Below, piece by piece: positions 1-9,008 of a stretch of 64,000 nt of DNA. The position numbers were made by a program, and so were the translations under genes. Each line of letters starts with the position of its first letter. Position 1 is the first letter of the stretch. The stretch is from Escherichia phage JLBYU24: the sequence record OK272476.1; one strand, 5' to 3'. Under the pieces are notes generated by a model. The model was not told the origin of the DNA. It saw only the letters and a program-made list of their open reading frames with translations, and did not search any database.

Positions 1-1654
1 TCTTCATTTGAAGATGCTGACCATATGCTTGTGGGTCATGGTCTCTATGCGAAATAACAAAAACATTAGTATTTTTTAAACTATCTAAAATAGTTGAAAT
101 AGCTTTTACACCTTCAACATCAGTTGCTGAATCAAAAACTTCATCGAGAATTAGTGTGTTTATTTTAACACCTGAAACTTTTTCAGCAATATCACGCCAA
201 GTAAATAAAAGAGCAATATCAATTCGTGCTTTTTCACCTTGACTAAATGAAGCATAACTAAAATCTTCACGACCACGGGATTTAATTGTCTCATTAAATT
301 CTTCATCTAATGTAAACACATAATCCGCTTCCATTATTTTAAGATAATGGTTAATTTGCTTATTAAATAATGGAATGTACTTTTTAATAATAGCACCTTT
401 AATACCAGAATCTTTGAGCATATCAGTCAAAATTCCTCGGTGGTATTTTTCCATTACTAAATTAGTTTTTGTCTTAACAATTTTATCAAGTTCTTCTTGA
501 AGCAGTGCTATTTCATCAGCATGGTCAATAAACTCAGAAGATGCTTTTTCTATAGCTGCTTTAACTTTTTTAGCTTTATCTACCGTCGTGATTAGAGATT
601 GCTTTTTATTGCGAATATCATTTGCCAACGACTGCTGGGTTTTAATATTATCTCGGTATTCATCAACAAGAACTTTTAAATTATCACGGTGCGTTGAAAG
701 CTGTTCAAATGAATGCGTACATTCAGAAACTTTATCTTTAATTTTAGAAACAACTTTATCGCCGGAACTTAATTGTGACAAACAGGTTGGACATAATCCA
801 CCTTCGTGATACATATTAATGACTTTATTATACGAGTCAATTTTTGATTTAATTAAAACTGCTTCTTGACCGATTTTATTAAATGCATCAGTCGGGTCTT
901 CATCCAAAACAATATTAACTAATCTTTCATTAGCTTCTTCTATTTCCGATTTTAGCGTTCTAGCTTCTTTTGCCAAATCATCATACATATTTTGTAGACG
1001 AGTAAGGTTGTCACCCGTTAATTTTTTCTGGCGTTCAACGTTATCATTATATATTTTAATTTGTTGGATAATACTATCTTTTTTAACATCAAGCACTTGG
1101 TTTTGTGAATTTAATTCACGTATTAGTGCTTTATTAAGCTTATCCATTTCAGCTAATGTTCCTACCTCAAGCAGGTCTTCCACAAGCTTTCTTCGCGCAG
1201 GGGTCGACAAACCCATGAAAGGGGTATACCCTGCTGTACCAAGGACAACAATCTGCTTGAAACTGGCATATGACATTCCGATAAGCTGTTCAAATTCTGC
1301 TTGGAAATCTTTACTGCTGGCAGATTCATTAAGACGTGTACCGTTAACGGTGATTTCGAAAACGTTTGGTTTTTGTCCTCTTTTGATATAGTACTTTTTC
1401 TCATCATATTCCATCCACAGTTCAACTAAAAGTTCTTTCTTATTTGTGCTGTTTATTAATTGACCTTTCTTTACATCACGAAATGGCTTGCCAAAAAGCC
1501 CAAACGTGATGGCTTCTAACATAGTAGACTTACCACCGCCATTTCGTCCAGTAATAAGAGTTTTTTGAACCTTATCTAATTGAATGTCAATAGGATTTCC
1601 ACCTACTGACATTATATTTTGATACCTAACTCGGTTTAGTTTAAAATTCTTCAC
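1..1654 (-). CDS. 46: Recombination endonuclease subunit gp46 (Rad50/SbcC-like ATPase); C-terminal end runs off the window
   Basis: Minus-strand ORF with Walker A GRNGGGKST, signature SFSQGEKAR, Walker B LILDEVFD, H-loop VISHR; upstream of gene 47 as in T4; likely GTG start at 1654 overlapping upstream stop (alternative ATG at 1612). Confidence 0.9.
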   Translation of the reverse strand, partial: MKNFKLNRVRYQNIMSVGGNPIDIQLDKVQKTLITGRNGGGKSTMLEAITFGLFGKPFRDVKKGQLINSTNKKELLVELWMEYDEKKYYIKRGQKPNVFEITVNGTRLNESASSKDFQAEFEQLIGMSYASFKQIVVLGTAGYTPFMGLSTPARRKLVEDLLEVGTLAEMDKLNKALIRELNSQNQVLDVKKDSIIQQIKIYNDNVERQKKLTGDNLTRLQNMYDDLAKEARTLKSEIEEANERLVNIVLDEDPTDAFNKIGQEAVLIKSKIDSYNKVINMYHEGGLCPTCLSQLSSGDKVVSKIKDKVSECTHSFEQLSTHRDNLKVLVDEYRDNIKTQQSLANDIRNKKQSLITTVDKAKKVKAAIEKASSEFIDHADEIALLQEELDKIVKTKTNLVMEKYHRGILTDMLKDSGIKGAIIKKYIPLFNKQINHYLKIMEADYVFTLDEEFNETIKSRGREDFSYASFSQGEKARIDIALLFTWRDIAEKVSGVKINTLILDEVFDSATDVEGVKAISTILDSLKNTNVFVISHRDHDPQAYGQHLQMK

Positions 1655-1914
1655 AAAAGATTCCTTTTAATGTATCTTTTAGACCATTCTATCATATCAT
1701 CATAATCTAAAAAGTATTCATCAAATTCAGCCACGCAAACAACACCTTGTGTTGTTTTTGATGTAATATAAATTATTCCAACATATCTAGAATCTTCTTC
1801 GGTATAATCAATATTTGCTATGAATTCATCATTAATGTCAAATGTCGAAAACTTCACAGTATGCATCCTTAATACAAGATACAGCCATATCTCGCAATGA
1901 TTTAGGTGTGTCAT
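1651..1914 (-). CDS. Hypothetical protein (T4 46.1-like position)
   Basis: ORF track, same strand as flanking genes; start uncertain (internal Met at 1866). Confidence 0.5.
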   Translation of the reverse strand: MTHLNHCEIWLYLVLRMHTVKFSTFDINDEFIANIDYTEEDSRYVGIIYITSKTTQGVVCVAEFDEYFLDYDDMIEWSKRYIKRNLL

Positions 1915-2101
1915 TATCTAAAATGTTGAAGTTAAAAGATACAGCCCAGTCAGTGCAGACTGTAACCTTTTTAATACAATTATCTTCAACCTCTAGCGGT
2001 TCAAACCAATATTCAATAATTTCTTTATGACCAATATCATCTTTTACTTCGCATTCAAAATGCTGACTCATCATAACATTTTTAAATTCATCAAAAGTCA
2101 T
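1838..2101 (-). CDS. Hypothetical protein (T4 46.2-like position)
   Basis: ORF track; start overlaps gene 47 stop (ATGA). Confidence 0.6.
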   Translation of the reverse strand: MTFDEFKNVMMSQHFECEVKDDIGHKEIIEYWFEPLEVEDNCIKKVTVCTDWAVSFNFNILDNDTPKSLRDMAVSCIKDAYCEVFDI

Positions 2102-3117
2102 TGTGTTGCCTCTACATATAACTGATTTGCATATTGAATAAGTGCTTCACGATCAGAATCAGTGATGTCTGGAATTGCATTAATGTATTCTTCCATCAAC
2201 GTCTGAAGAGATTGAACTTCAACTTCTTCACTGTCATCTGACTCGACAGAGTTATCAATCTTTGACACAACTCGTAATGAATGCACAACTTTTTCTAGTT
2301 CAGATTCGAACTTCGTCAGATTTTTGTCTACTTCAGTTACTATAACACGTACTGATAGATTTGTAAAATCTTTATAGTCAATTTTTCCTTTAAATGGATA
2401 ATGAATTCTACGGTGCCAGGTAGTATTGTTTGGAATAAATTCCATTCGTTCTGTTTCTGTATCAAACATCCAGAATCCACGAGGGTCATTCTCGTCACCT
2501 GCAGTTAGTGTCCATGGTGTCCCAATATATCTGACGTTAGCAGCCTCAGAGATAGTATGGAAGTGACCAGACCACACCTCTTTATAAGTCTTAAGGAAAT
2601 CAGGTTCAAGACCGTGAGATTTCATTCCTTTATAAAAATAAAATCCATTCAGCTCCCAGTGACCAACACAAAAAGAAGCAGATGAAGTTTTGATGTGTTC
2701 AAGAATTTCACCAGTATTTTCTTCGCACATCCAAGGAATCAAATCAATCAAACACCCGTCAAAATCTACTGTAGTAGGCTTATCATATACTTTAACATTA
2801 GGATATTTAGCCAAAAGCTCAGTAGAGGCATTTGGAGTTAAAGTATTTTTAAAGTGCATATCATGGTTTCCTACAACAGTATGTAGGGTAATACCAGCAT
2901 CATCAAGCATTTGAACTATTTCACGAGCGAACTCCATAGTTTTATGTGTGATTGCTTTTCGCACATCAAAAATATCGCCGTATTGAATCCATGTAGTAAT
3001 TCCATTTTTCTTAGAATATTCTATTGCTTGTTTAATTCCATCCAACTGAATAGATTGAACCCACTCATCATCGGCTTTAACGCCTAAATGCCAATCACCT
3101 AAATTTAAAATTTTCAT
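2098..3117 (-). CDS. 47: Recombination endonuclease subunit gp47 (Mre11/SbcD-like phosphoesterase)
   Basis: 339 aa; calcineurin-like motifs LGDWHLG, GNHD, GHWE, GHFH; adjacent to 46. Confidence 0.93.
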   Translation of the reverse strand: MKILNLGDWHLGVKADDEWVQSIQLDGIKQAIEYSKKNGITTWIQYGDIFDVRKAITHKTMEFAREIVQMLDDAGITLHTVVGNHDMHFKNTLTPNASTELLAKYPNVKVYDKPTTVDFDGCLIDLIPWMCEENTGEILEHIKTSSASFCVGHWELNGFYFYKGMKSHGLEPDFLKTYKEVWSGHFHTISEAANVRYIGTPWTLTAGDENDPRGFWMFDTETERMEFIPNNTTWHRRIHYPFKGKIDYKDFTNLSVRVIVTEVDKNLTKFESELEKVVHSLRVVSKIDNSVESDDSEEVEVQSLQTLMEEYINAIPDITDSDREALIQYANQLYVEATQ

Positions 3118-3254
3118 ATATCAAGAACCGTCATTGAAATGCAAAATAAAATTATTGAAATAAATCCATCTGGAGTGCTAAAGAAACCAATCCAGCATGC
3201 TCTAGTGAATAGATAAAATGCAAGAAAAAGTATCACATATCCAAGAAATATCAT
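3114..3254 (-). CDS. Small hydrophobic protein (46 aa), below ORF-track cutoff
   Basis: Manual translation MIFLGYVILFLAFYLF...; stop overlaps gene 47 start (ATGA). Confidence 0.35.
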   Translation of the reverse strand: MIFLGYVILFLAFYLFTRACWIGFFSTPDGFISIILFCISMTVLDI

Positions 3255-3280
3255 TATATCAAACTCCGTATAAAGCTAAA

Positions 3281-3292
3281 GGGCCGAAGCCC
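3281..3292 (-). terminator. UUCG-tetraloop hairpin at a-gt stop
   Basis: gggccgaagccc; minus-strand RNA GGGC-UUCG-GCCC followed by U-rich tract. Confidence 0.45.
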
Positions 3293-3293
3293 T

Positions 3294-4496
3294 TTATTTT
3301 GTAATAATGTCAAACTGTTCTTTAAAGCAGAAGCTTGAATCTTGATGCTGATACAAAAATTCATATGCTTTTTCTCGCTCACGGTCATAAAGAGCTCGGT
3401 CAGATGACAGTTCTTTAATATGTTCAAATGTTGATTCCATGTCATTTTCATCAAACCAAATGATACCGCTATCATGCGAGGTCAAAGGATTATTATCAAC
3501 ACGGAATTTTAAATTTTCGCCAGTAGATTTCCAAAATACCGGAATTGTTCCACATGCACCAAGCTCGAGATGAGTATATTCTAAAGAACGTTGTAGATAT
3601 TTTTTATCCAACTTACTCAACTGATAACCAAAACCGGATTTACTCATGCGTTCAAGCATTTCGCTATTTACATAACGGTCAAGAATTTGCGTTGGCAAAT
3701 TAGGAGCAATTTTAATTTGGTCTACTTGATGAAGACGATAATACTCGTATGGAATTCCTTTTTCTTTAATAGGAATAAACGCTGGAGAACGTTCCAGACC
3801 TTCCATAATAGTACTTAGTCCTGCAGGTTTAAGATGTTTTTCATGAAAATCAAACATCTGATAAAAACCTTTCCATGTAGTAGTACGACCAATCCAACGG
3901 TTGATATTCATGTTAATTTCAGAAACATCTTTCCAGTAGGTTGATCGAACCTTCGCAATATCCATCGGAGGCTGAAAGTTATATACTGTCGGCGCTTCTT
4001 CAATATCATCAAACAGAGAAACTGTTTCAGGATACCACTCTTTCATCAGAACTTTATTAAAATCACCATTATCAGAATGGCTAAAAATAACATCAGCTCG
4101 ACGAACAGTTTCTTCTAATCCCAAATTTCGACGCAAAGAAAGAGAAGAATGGTCATGTTGATAAACTACAATACGAACAGAAGGTTTAATGTTATCAATA
4201 ATTTTTTTATAGTTATTAATCGTGTCTTCTTCAACCGAAGTAGCAGGAACCGAATTGATAATTAGAATATCACAATCATTTACCAGCTTAAGTGTTTTAT
4301 CATATTCTTTTGCCAATAAAACCGGAATTGAAAATGATTTATAATCATGCGCGCAATTACGAGTAAATGATTTATCTTTAGCATAAACCAAAGTTACTTC
4401 ATGACCATTTTTAATAAACCAATCACGTTGCTCGAGTGAGAATTTTGTTACACCACAACCTTCAAGACCTCGAGCCATAAAAATACATACTTTCAT
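3294..4496 (-). CDS. a-gt: DNA alpha-glucosyltransferase
   Basis: 400 aa, recalled near-identity to T4 alpha-gt, T4 position between 47 and 55. Confidence 0.9.
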   Translation of the reverse strand: MKVCIFMARGLEGCGVTKFSLEQRDWFIKNGHEVTLVYAKDKSFTRNCAHDYKSFSIPVLLAKEYDKTLKLVNDCDILIINSVPATSVEEDTINNYKKIIDNIKPSVRIVVYQHDHSSLSLRRNLGLEETVRRADVIFSHSDNGDFNKVLMKEWYPETVSLFDDIEEAPTVYNFQPPMDIAKVRSTYWKDVSEINMNINRWIGRTTTWKGFYQMFDFHEKHLKPAGLSTIMEGLERSPAFIPIKEKGIPYEYYRLHQVDQIKIAPNLPTQILDRYVNSEMLERMSKSGFGYQLSKLDKKYLQRSLEYTHLELGACGTIPVFWKSTGENLKFRVDNNPLTSHDSGIIWFDENDMESTFEHIKELSSDRALYDREREKAYEFLYQHQDSSFCFKEQFDIITK

Positions 4497-4520
4497 TTAA
4501 TATCCTCTTTGTTTTGGTTT

Positions 4521-4545
4521 ATTTTACCAAAAATTTATAAAGCAA
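4521..4545 (-). promoter_or_regulatory. Putative MotA-dependent middle promoter for a-gt
   Basis: Minus strand TTGCTTTA (MotA-box-like, 4538-4545) then 11 nt then TGgTAAAAT (-10 at 4521-4526), ~25 nt upstream of a-gt start. Confidence 0.4.
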
Positions 4546-4548
4546 TAT

Positions 4549-4564
4549 AGGAGCCGAAGCTCCT
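4549..4564 (-). terminator. UUCG-tetraloop hairpin
   Basis: aggagccgaagctcct, weak U tract. Confidence 0.35.
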
Positions 4565-4736
4565 ATCCGCATAATACGCCATACAGAGGCTCGTTAGAAC
4601 TTTTAAATTTTATGCGCTTATATTTTATAGTTCCTTCTGCTTTAGCTTTATCATGAGACTCTTTAAAGCGTCTCATCATTTCCTCTTTAGAGGAACGAAT
4701 TTTATTATAATCTATTTCAGAAGTCTGGATGTTCAT
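4563..4736 (-). CDS. Small hypothetical protein (57 aa), below ORF-track cutoff
   Basis: Manual translation MNIQTSEIDYNKIRSSKEEMMRRFKESH...; ends at hairpin. Confidence 0.35.
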   Translation of the reverse strand: MNIQTSEIDYNKIRSSKEEMMRRFKESHDKAKAEGTIKYKRIKFKSSNEPLYGVLCG

Positions 4737-4739
4737 CTT

Positions 4740-4946
4740 TCATAACTGCCACCATTTTTTGACTTGATAAGAATCAACCCACACTTTCATATTAGGGTCT
4801 GCTCTTACAATAGGAGGATTAACTTCTTTAATTGAACTATCATGGTATTCTTTTTCAGAAATTTTCACACAAAGATGACCATTCAAAGATTCAGTAAATC
4901 CTGCATTAATTTTAAGACGCTTGAATTTTACGTGTGTAAGCATCAA
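4740..4946 (-). CDS. Hypothetical protein
   Basis: ORF track, co-oriented tightly packed. Confidence 0.55.
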   Translation of the reverse strand: MMLTHVKFKRLKINAGFTESLNGHLCVKISEKEYHDSSIKEVNPPIVRADPNMKVWVDSYQVKKWWQL

Positions 4947-5229
4947 TCATATCCTCAATTTGCGATCTAGTAGTCTTCCAAAGAATACTGATGAGTTCAT
5001 CGTTATATGGCTGTTTTAGAATATCCCGACTTTTCTTGATAGCATATTCGTATTGAGCAAAATTATTGTTTTCAGCTGCGATCTGAGCGTGCTTATAAAG
5101 ACGATTCAGTTCGCGTTTGTTTTTAGACAATAACTTATTTGCTTTTCTTTCTGCTTCAAGACGGTTCTTTTCTTCAATAGAAGAAATAAGCTTTTCCACT
5201 TCATCATTAATTTCGGGTTTATCAGTCAT
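4912..5229 (-). CDS. Hypothetical protein
   Basis: ORF track, charged helical protein. Confidence 0.6.
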   Translation of the reverse strand: MTDKPEINDEVEKLISSIEEKNRLEAERKANKLLSKNKRELNRLYKHAQIAAENNNFAQYEYAIKKSRDILKQPYNDELISILWKTTRSQIEDMIDAYTRKIQAS

Positions 5230-5230
5230 A

Positions 5231-5449
5231 TTATTTCTCTAATATAAAATAAAAATCATCATCTGTTAAATGATACCTGTAATTTAATTCTACACCATTA
5301 GATTTAAAAGCGGTATCATACGGATTTTCTGGATCAATATCAATGTCAAGAGCTAAAACTTCCCTGAGATACATTTTAAGCAAATAGGGAATAGCTTCAA
5401 CTTCAGGTATTTCTTCCAAGAATCCGGAGAGGTTAATCGTTAGCCTCAT
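5231..5449 (-). CDS. Hypothetical protein
   Basis: ORF track. Confidence 0.6.
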
Positions 5450-5996
5450 ATAAAAAATCCAAACTAGGAGAATCGTCTACAACACTTTTCTTTTCAGCCC
5501 CCGGTGTTCTATAGGTTGATTCTTCGTAATGCGTCATTTTATCGTAGATGTCTTGAATAAAAGTTTCATCTACTAACGCAACCATATCGTCGTCACGACT
5601 GTCATAGACATTGTGAACGAAGTAACTATATTTCTTTGCAACTTCCTTACGTTCTTTTTTAATACGCTGGACGAATGCATTAAAACAAGCTTGAGTTATA
5701 TACGCATGTGGGTTTTTATATTTCGTTTCATCAAAATTGTGAAGCCCCTTAATAGAAGCTTCTATACCATCTGCAATCATTTCTTGTTTCCAAGACTGGG
5801 TGTATCCTGAAAAGTTGAAACGTTTAGATAAGCCTTCTGCAATAAGCATAATGGCTAATCCAATAGTATCATTTTGACGAACTACTTTATTTGGGTCTTT
5901 ATTATTTGCTAATTCTGTTTTCCAATCAATAATAGCTTGTAAAAGCTCTTTATTGTTTACGTAATTATATTTAGGCTTAGTTTCTGACATTTTCAC
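5433..5996 (-). CDS. 55: Late-transcription sigma factor gp55
   Basis: 187-aa ORF, (MK)[20 protein letters not shown]... recalled as T4 gp55 (185 aa); start may be at 5990. Confidence 0.9.
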
Positions 5997-6068
5997 CTCT
6001 TAGCTCAATTCATAGATCTATTATATCATAATATTTGAAGATCTATCTTAAAGCATAGAGGATATCAG

Positions 6069-6338
6069 TTATCTAAGTAAGCAGTATGCTTGGAACACTT
6101 TTTCCATCATCTTTTTAAATTCATGAATATCTATATAATGACTAGTTAAATCAGCATGATATAAAAAGTCTAAAAACTTTTCATGTGTGCTAGCATATTC
6201 GCTTTCATTTAATTCAGAAACATGGCTTTCCCAATATCCAACACCAGTCTTATTTGGGAAAAATGAAATTTTCATGTATTGGTCAACATAGAAAATTCCA
6301 TAATTTTCAATAGTAATAGAAATATTAATAAATTTCAT
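6069..6338 (-). CDS. Hypothetical protein
   Basis: ORF track. Confidence 0.6.
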   Translation of the reverse strand: MKFINISITIENYGIFYVDQYMKISFFPNKTGVGYWESHVSELNESEYASTHEKFLDFLYHADLTSHYIDIHEFKKMMEKVFQAYCLLR

Positions 6339-6550
6339 ACATTCATCAACTTAGCCGCTTCGAGAGCTGCATCTAGTGAATCAAATTGGTCGACGTATTC
6401 AATCAATTCGCCGTAATTAGCGTATAACCACCATTGGCTAAATTCATACTCAAGGATGAATCCATTTCCTTCAATTTGAGTTAAACCAATGCCATTTGTA
6501 TTTACTTCATATCCGGCAAGACGCAAATCGTTAATAAGAGCTTCGTTCAT
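6335..6550 (-). CDS. Hypothetical protein
   Basis: ORF track, ATGA overlap with neighbour. Confidence 0.6.
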   Translation of the reverse strand: MNEALINDLRLAGYEVNTNGIGLTQIEGNGFILEYEFSQWWLYANYGELIEYVDQFDSLDAALEAAKLMNV

Positions 6551-6552
6551 AA

Positions 6553-6879
6553 TTATACCTTAGTAATTTTCAGGTCAGCAAATTTTTTCTTGCGTTGATT
6601 TTTCATACGACGAATAGTTTTATCGGAAATTTCATGTTTTTGATAAGCTTTAGATTCTACGCCAAAAGCTTTAACATCAAATTCTGACAAGATATATTGA
6701 ACCAACAATTCGCGGATAGTGTTGCGTCCAATCTTCTGATCATTCTGTTTCATCGTCTGATGAAGCTCTTTTTCCCATTTATCCAAACTTTGAGGAGTTA
6801 CAATATCGCCTTTTTCTAGCAAAGAAACTACTTTATCATATGCATAAGAATTGATGGCGTTTTTAATTTGAATAGTCAT
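6553..6879 (-). CDS. Hypothetical protein
   Basis: ORF track. Confidence 0.65.
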   Translation of the reverse strand: MTIQIKNAINSYAYDKVVSLLEKGDIVTPQSLDKWEKELHQTMKQNDQKIGRNTIRELLVQYILSEFDVKAFGVESKAYQKHEISDKTIRRMKNQRKKKFADLKITKV

Positions 6880-6912
6880 ACATTATCCTCAATTGCGTTA
6901 AAATTTTATTAT

Positions 6913-6932
6913 CCAAAAAGGGCCGAAGCCCT
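6913..6932 (-). terminator. Rho-independent-type terminator (UUCG hairpin + U run)
   Basis: Minus RNA GGGCUUCGGCCC followed by UUUUUGG, just downstream of ORF 6932..7132. Confidence 0.55.
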
Positions 6933-7132
6933 TAGCTAAACTGTTTGGCACCCTTCCAGCCTTCGTACATCATTGCGGCTGATATTAATATTGCTCCTGA
7001 GCATTTTGAATATTTGTGATTCCAAAACCAGTTTAGAAAAACTTCGTCATCAATACCTTGGGCTATCATATTTTCAAAGAACTGACGACGAGCTTCAGCA
7101 ATTCGTTGCGATAATTTAGATTCAGGATTCAT
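6932..7132 (-). CDS. Hypothetical protein
   Basis: ORF track. Confidence 0.6.
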   Translation of the reverse strand: MNPESKLSQRIAEARRQFFENMIAQGIDDEVFLNWFWNHKYSKCSGAILISAAMMYEGWKGAKQFS

Positions 7133-7348
7133 TTAAATTTTCCAGTTACCATTTTCATCAATAAATTTAATCCAGTCATTTACTGACCACTTAGTTGTAT
7201 CGCCTTTTGGAGTAACATTTAAAGTGTATAACCCCTGCTTAAAAAGCATTCGTTTGATATTCATATTTTCCTCAGCTGTAACGATAACACTCGTTTGATT
7301 TGCGCTTAGCAACTCGTTGAGATGTATTGTAATCAAAATCATCGTCAA
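7133..7348 (-). CDS. Hypothetical protein (start uncertain, possibly 7267)
   Basis: ORF track; overlaps next ORF if first ATG used. Confidence 0.45.
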   Translation of the reverse strand: MTMILITIHLNELLSANQTSVIVTAEENMNIKRMLFKQGLYTLNVTPKGDTTKWSVNDWIKFIDENGNWKI

Positions 7349-7565
7349 TGTAAACTGATTTTTTCAACTTTCTTACTTCACCACGTAATTGACGATTTAG
7401 CTCATCTTTAACTTCTGAATCAATGCCTTTCATTCTACGCCATTTATCAGAGCGAAAAATGTTTTCAACCATATCTTTATGACTTACACCATCAGGAGCT
7501 TTACGCTTTCCGAAATAGTCATAATCACGAACTTTTAAGTCTTTACGACGATACGTTTTACCCAT
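7272..7565 (-). CDS. Hypothetical basic protein
   Basis: ORF 7272..7610 trimmed to Met at 7565 (MGKTYRRKD...) to remove overlap with upstream ORF. Confidence 0.55.
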   Translation of the reverse strand: MGKTYRRKDLKVRDYDYFGKRKAPDGVSHKDMVENIFRSDKWRRMKGIDSEVKDELNRQLRGEVRKLKKSVYIDDDFDYNTSQRVAKRKSNECYRYS

Positions 7566-7740
7566 GGAGTTTGATTTCCTTAGCAACTGAACTAAATACA
7601 GCACGGTCACAAATCATCTGTTTATGTAACTTGAGTATAAGATAATAAACTTCAAAACCGTTTACATAAGTAACACGAACAACATTACCATTAATAAAAT
7701 AATATTGTCCCTTTTTAATTTCTTTATCAACCACAACCAT
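7558..7740 (-). CDS. Hypothetical protein
   Basis: ORF track, downstream of early promoter. Confidence 0.55.
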   Translation of the reverse strand: MVVVDKEIKKGQYYFINGNVVRVTYVNGFEVYYLILKLHKQMICDRAVFSSVAKEIKLHG

Positions 7741-7770
7741 ATCAAATCCTCAAAGGCAATTCATATGTTA

Positions 7771-7800
7771 ATAATACCACGGTTTGAACTTGTTGTAAAC
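7771..7800 (-). promoter_or_regulatory. T4-type early promoter
   Basis: Minus strand GTTTAC (7795-7800), 18-nt spacer, TATTAT (7771-7776); AT-rich upstream. Confidence 0.5.
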
Positions 7801-7875
7801 AACTTTGTGAAAATTATTTTAGGGAATGATAAGAAGGGAACGATAGCTTAGAATGGTAATATACAGAATGTAAGA

Positions 7876-7895
7876 AAGAAAGGCCCAGAGGGCCC
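7876..7895 (-). terminator. Hairpin terminator downstream of nrdH
   Basis: Minus RNA GGGCC-loop-GGGCC then UUUCUUUC. Confidence 0.55.
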
Positions 7896-7898
7896 GTC

Positions 7899-8207
7899 TT
7901 AATCTTCTATGATATCTCTATCATATCCAAGTGAAATGAGAGTTTCTTTGAAGTGTTTAATGTTCTTTTGTCTAGAATCATTAATGAAAATGACTGGATA
8001 ACGAATGTTAAGAGATGTGAATCCAGCGCGTTTAGCAAGAGATACAATCAGCGGACGATCATACTCAATCTTACCATTATTTGTAAGAACTTTATAGAAA
8101 GTAAAAGGAGCATTGAGCTCCTTTAGAAGTTTTGTAACTGATTGACATCCAGGACAACGACCTACTTCATCTGGAATTCCATAGACTTCAATCTTGTTCT
8201 GTTTCAC
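7899..8207 (-). CDS. nrdH: Glutaredoxin-like protein NrdH
   Basis: 102 aa, CPGC redox motif, adjacent to nrdG/nrdD. Confidence 0.85.
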   Translation of the reverse strand: MKQNKIEVYGIPDEVGRCPGCQSVTKLLKELNAPFTFYKVLTNNGKIEYDRPLIVSLAKRAGFTSLNIRYPVIFINDSRQKNIKHFKETLISLGYDRDIIED

Positions 8208-8209
8208 AA

Positions 8210-8422
8210 CTATTCCTTACTAAGAGCAGCATTCAGCTTGTTAGTAATTTTATCCAGACGCTTATTGAACTCGCTAGAAGATAAGCCCTTTTCTGGAGAA
8301 ATTAAACTAATAACGAAAAATACAACAATAAAAGGAATAAGGAAAATAGCTCCAACTGCCATAAACAGAAAGAATGTTACAGTTGTAAGAAAATCAGCTA
8401 AACCTTTACGAAATTTATACAT
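8210..8422 (-). CDS. Small membrane protein
   Basis: 70 aa with central hydrophobic span FFLFMAVGAIFLIPFIVVFFVISLI. Confidence 0.6.
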   Translation of the reverse strand: MYKFRKGLADFLTTVTFFLFMAVGAIFLIPFIVVFFVISLISPEKGLSSSEFNKRLDKITNKLNAALSKE

Positions 8423-8537
8423 ATTTTACCCTTAATTGATTAACCAAGCATTGATAAGCACTAAACTATATTGCGAATAAAATTCTGGACCAAAATGAAA
8501 AATCATATCATTTATAGTATCCATAATGTAATTCAAT

Positions 8538-9008
8538 TTAATCATGTGTCCACACCCCATCGGTATTTGACCAAAGTCGCTGATTATCTGATCCTCGCCA
8601 CAGCTTTTTGGTCGGAAGATTTTTCTCATACTTCCCATCAATAATAACATCAACATATTTAAGCATTTCTAGTTGTTTAATATCTTCAAACTTATATCCT
8701 GTCCACAACCAAATGCTTTTATTGGGATAAAGATTTTTTACTGTTTGAACAATGCAATGAATCACATCTCTGTTATCAGGATAAAGAGGGTCACCCCCAG
8801 TTATAGTTAATCCTTCTATATAATCATTATTCAAACATTCAATTAATTGCTCTAGTGTCTCTCCAGTGAATGGAATACCATTTCTAGCATTCCATGTTGA
8901 TTTATTATAACACCCTTCGCATTTATGCAAACAACCTGTAACGAAAAGAACGACCCTGCAACCAGGGCCATTCACAAAATCGCAAGGATAAAATCTATCA
9001 TAATTCAT
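8538..9008 (-). CDS. nrdG: Anaerobic ribonucleotide reductase activating protein (radical SAM)
   Basis: 156 aa, CxxxCxxC-type cluster GCLHKCEGC, start overlaps nrdD stop. Confidence 0.9.
   Translation of the reverse strand: MNYDRFYPCDFVNGPGCRVVLFVTGCLHKCEGCYNKSTWNARNGIPFTGETLEQLIECLNNDYIEGLTITGGDPLYPDNRDVIHCIVQTVKNLYPNKSIWLWTGYKFEDIKQLEMLKYVDVIIDGKYEKNLPTKKLWRGSDNQRLWSNTDGVWTHD

Noticed and set aside
588-1425. ORF-track entries on both strands inside gene 46 (588..809, 1008..1391, 1162..1425)
   Set aside because: Lie within the gp46 coding region in other frames or antisense; gp46 motifs are in the annotated frame.
1842-2030. Plus-strand ORF overlapping 46.1/46.2
   Set aside because: Antisense to a uniformly minus-strand early transcription unit; no RBS.
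3254-3475. Minus-strand ORF overlapping the a-gt 3' end
   Set aside because: Out-of-frame overlap with a-gt; a shorter in-frame small ORF (3114..3254) explains the intergenic coding potential.
6017-6051. Partial inverted repeat and TATGCTTTA (MotA-box-like) upstream of gene 55
   Set aside because: Spacing to any -10 element is wrong for a middle promoter and the palindrome is imperfect.
8432-8656. ORF overlapping nrdG C-terminus
   Set aside because: Mostly inside nrdG in another frame; only a 37-codon tail lies outside.
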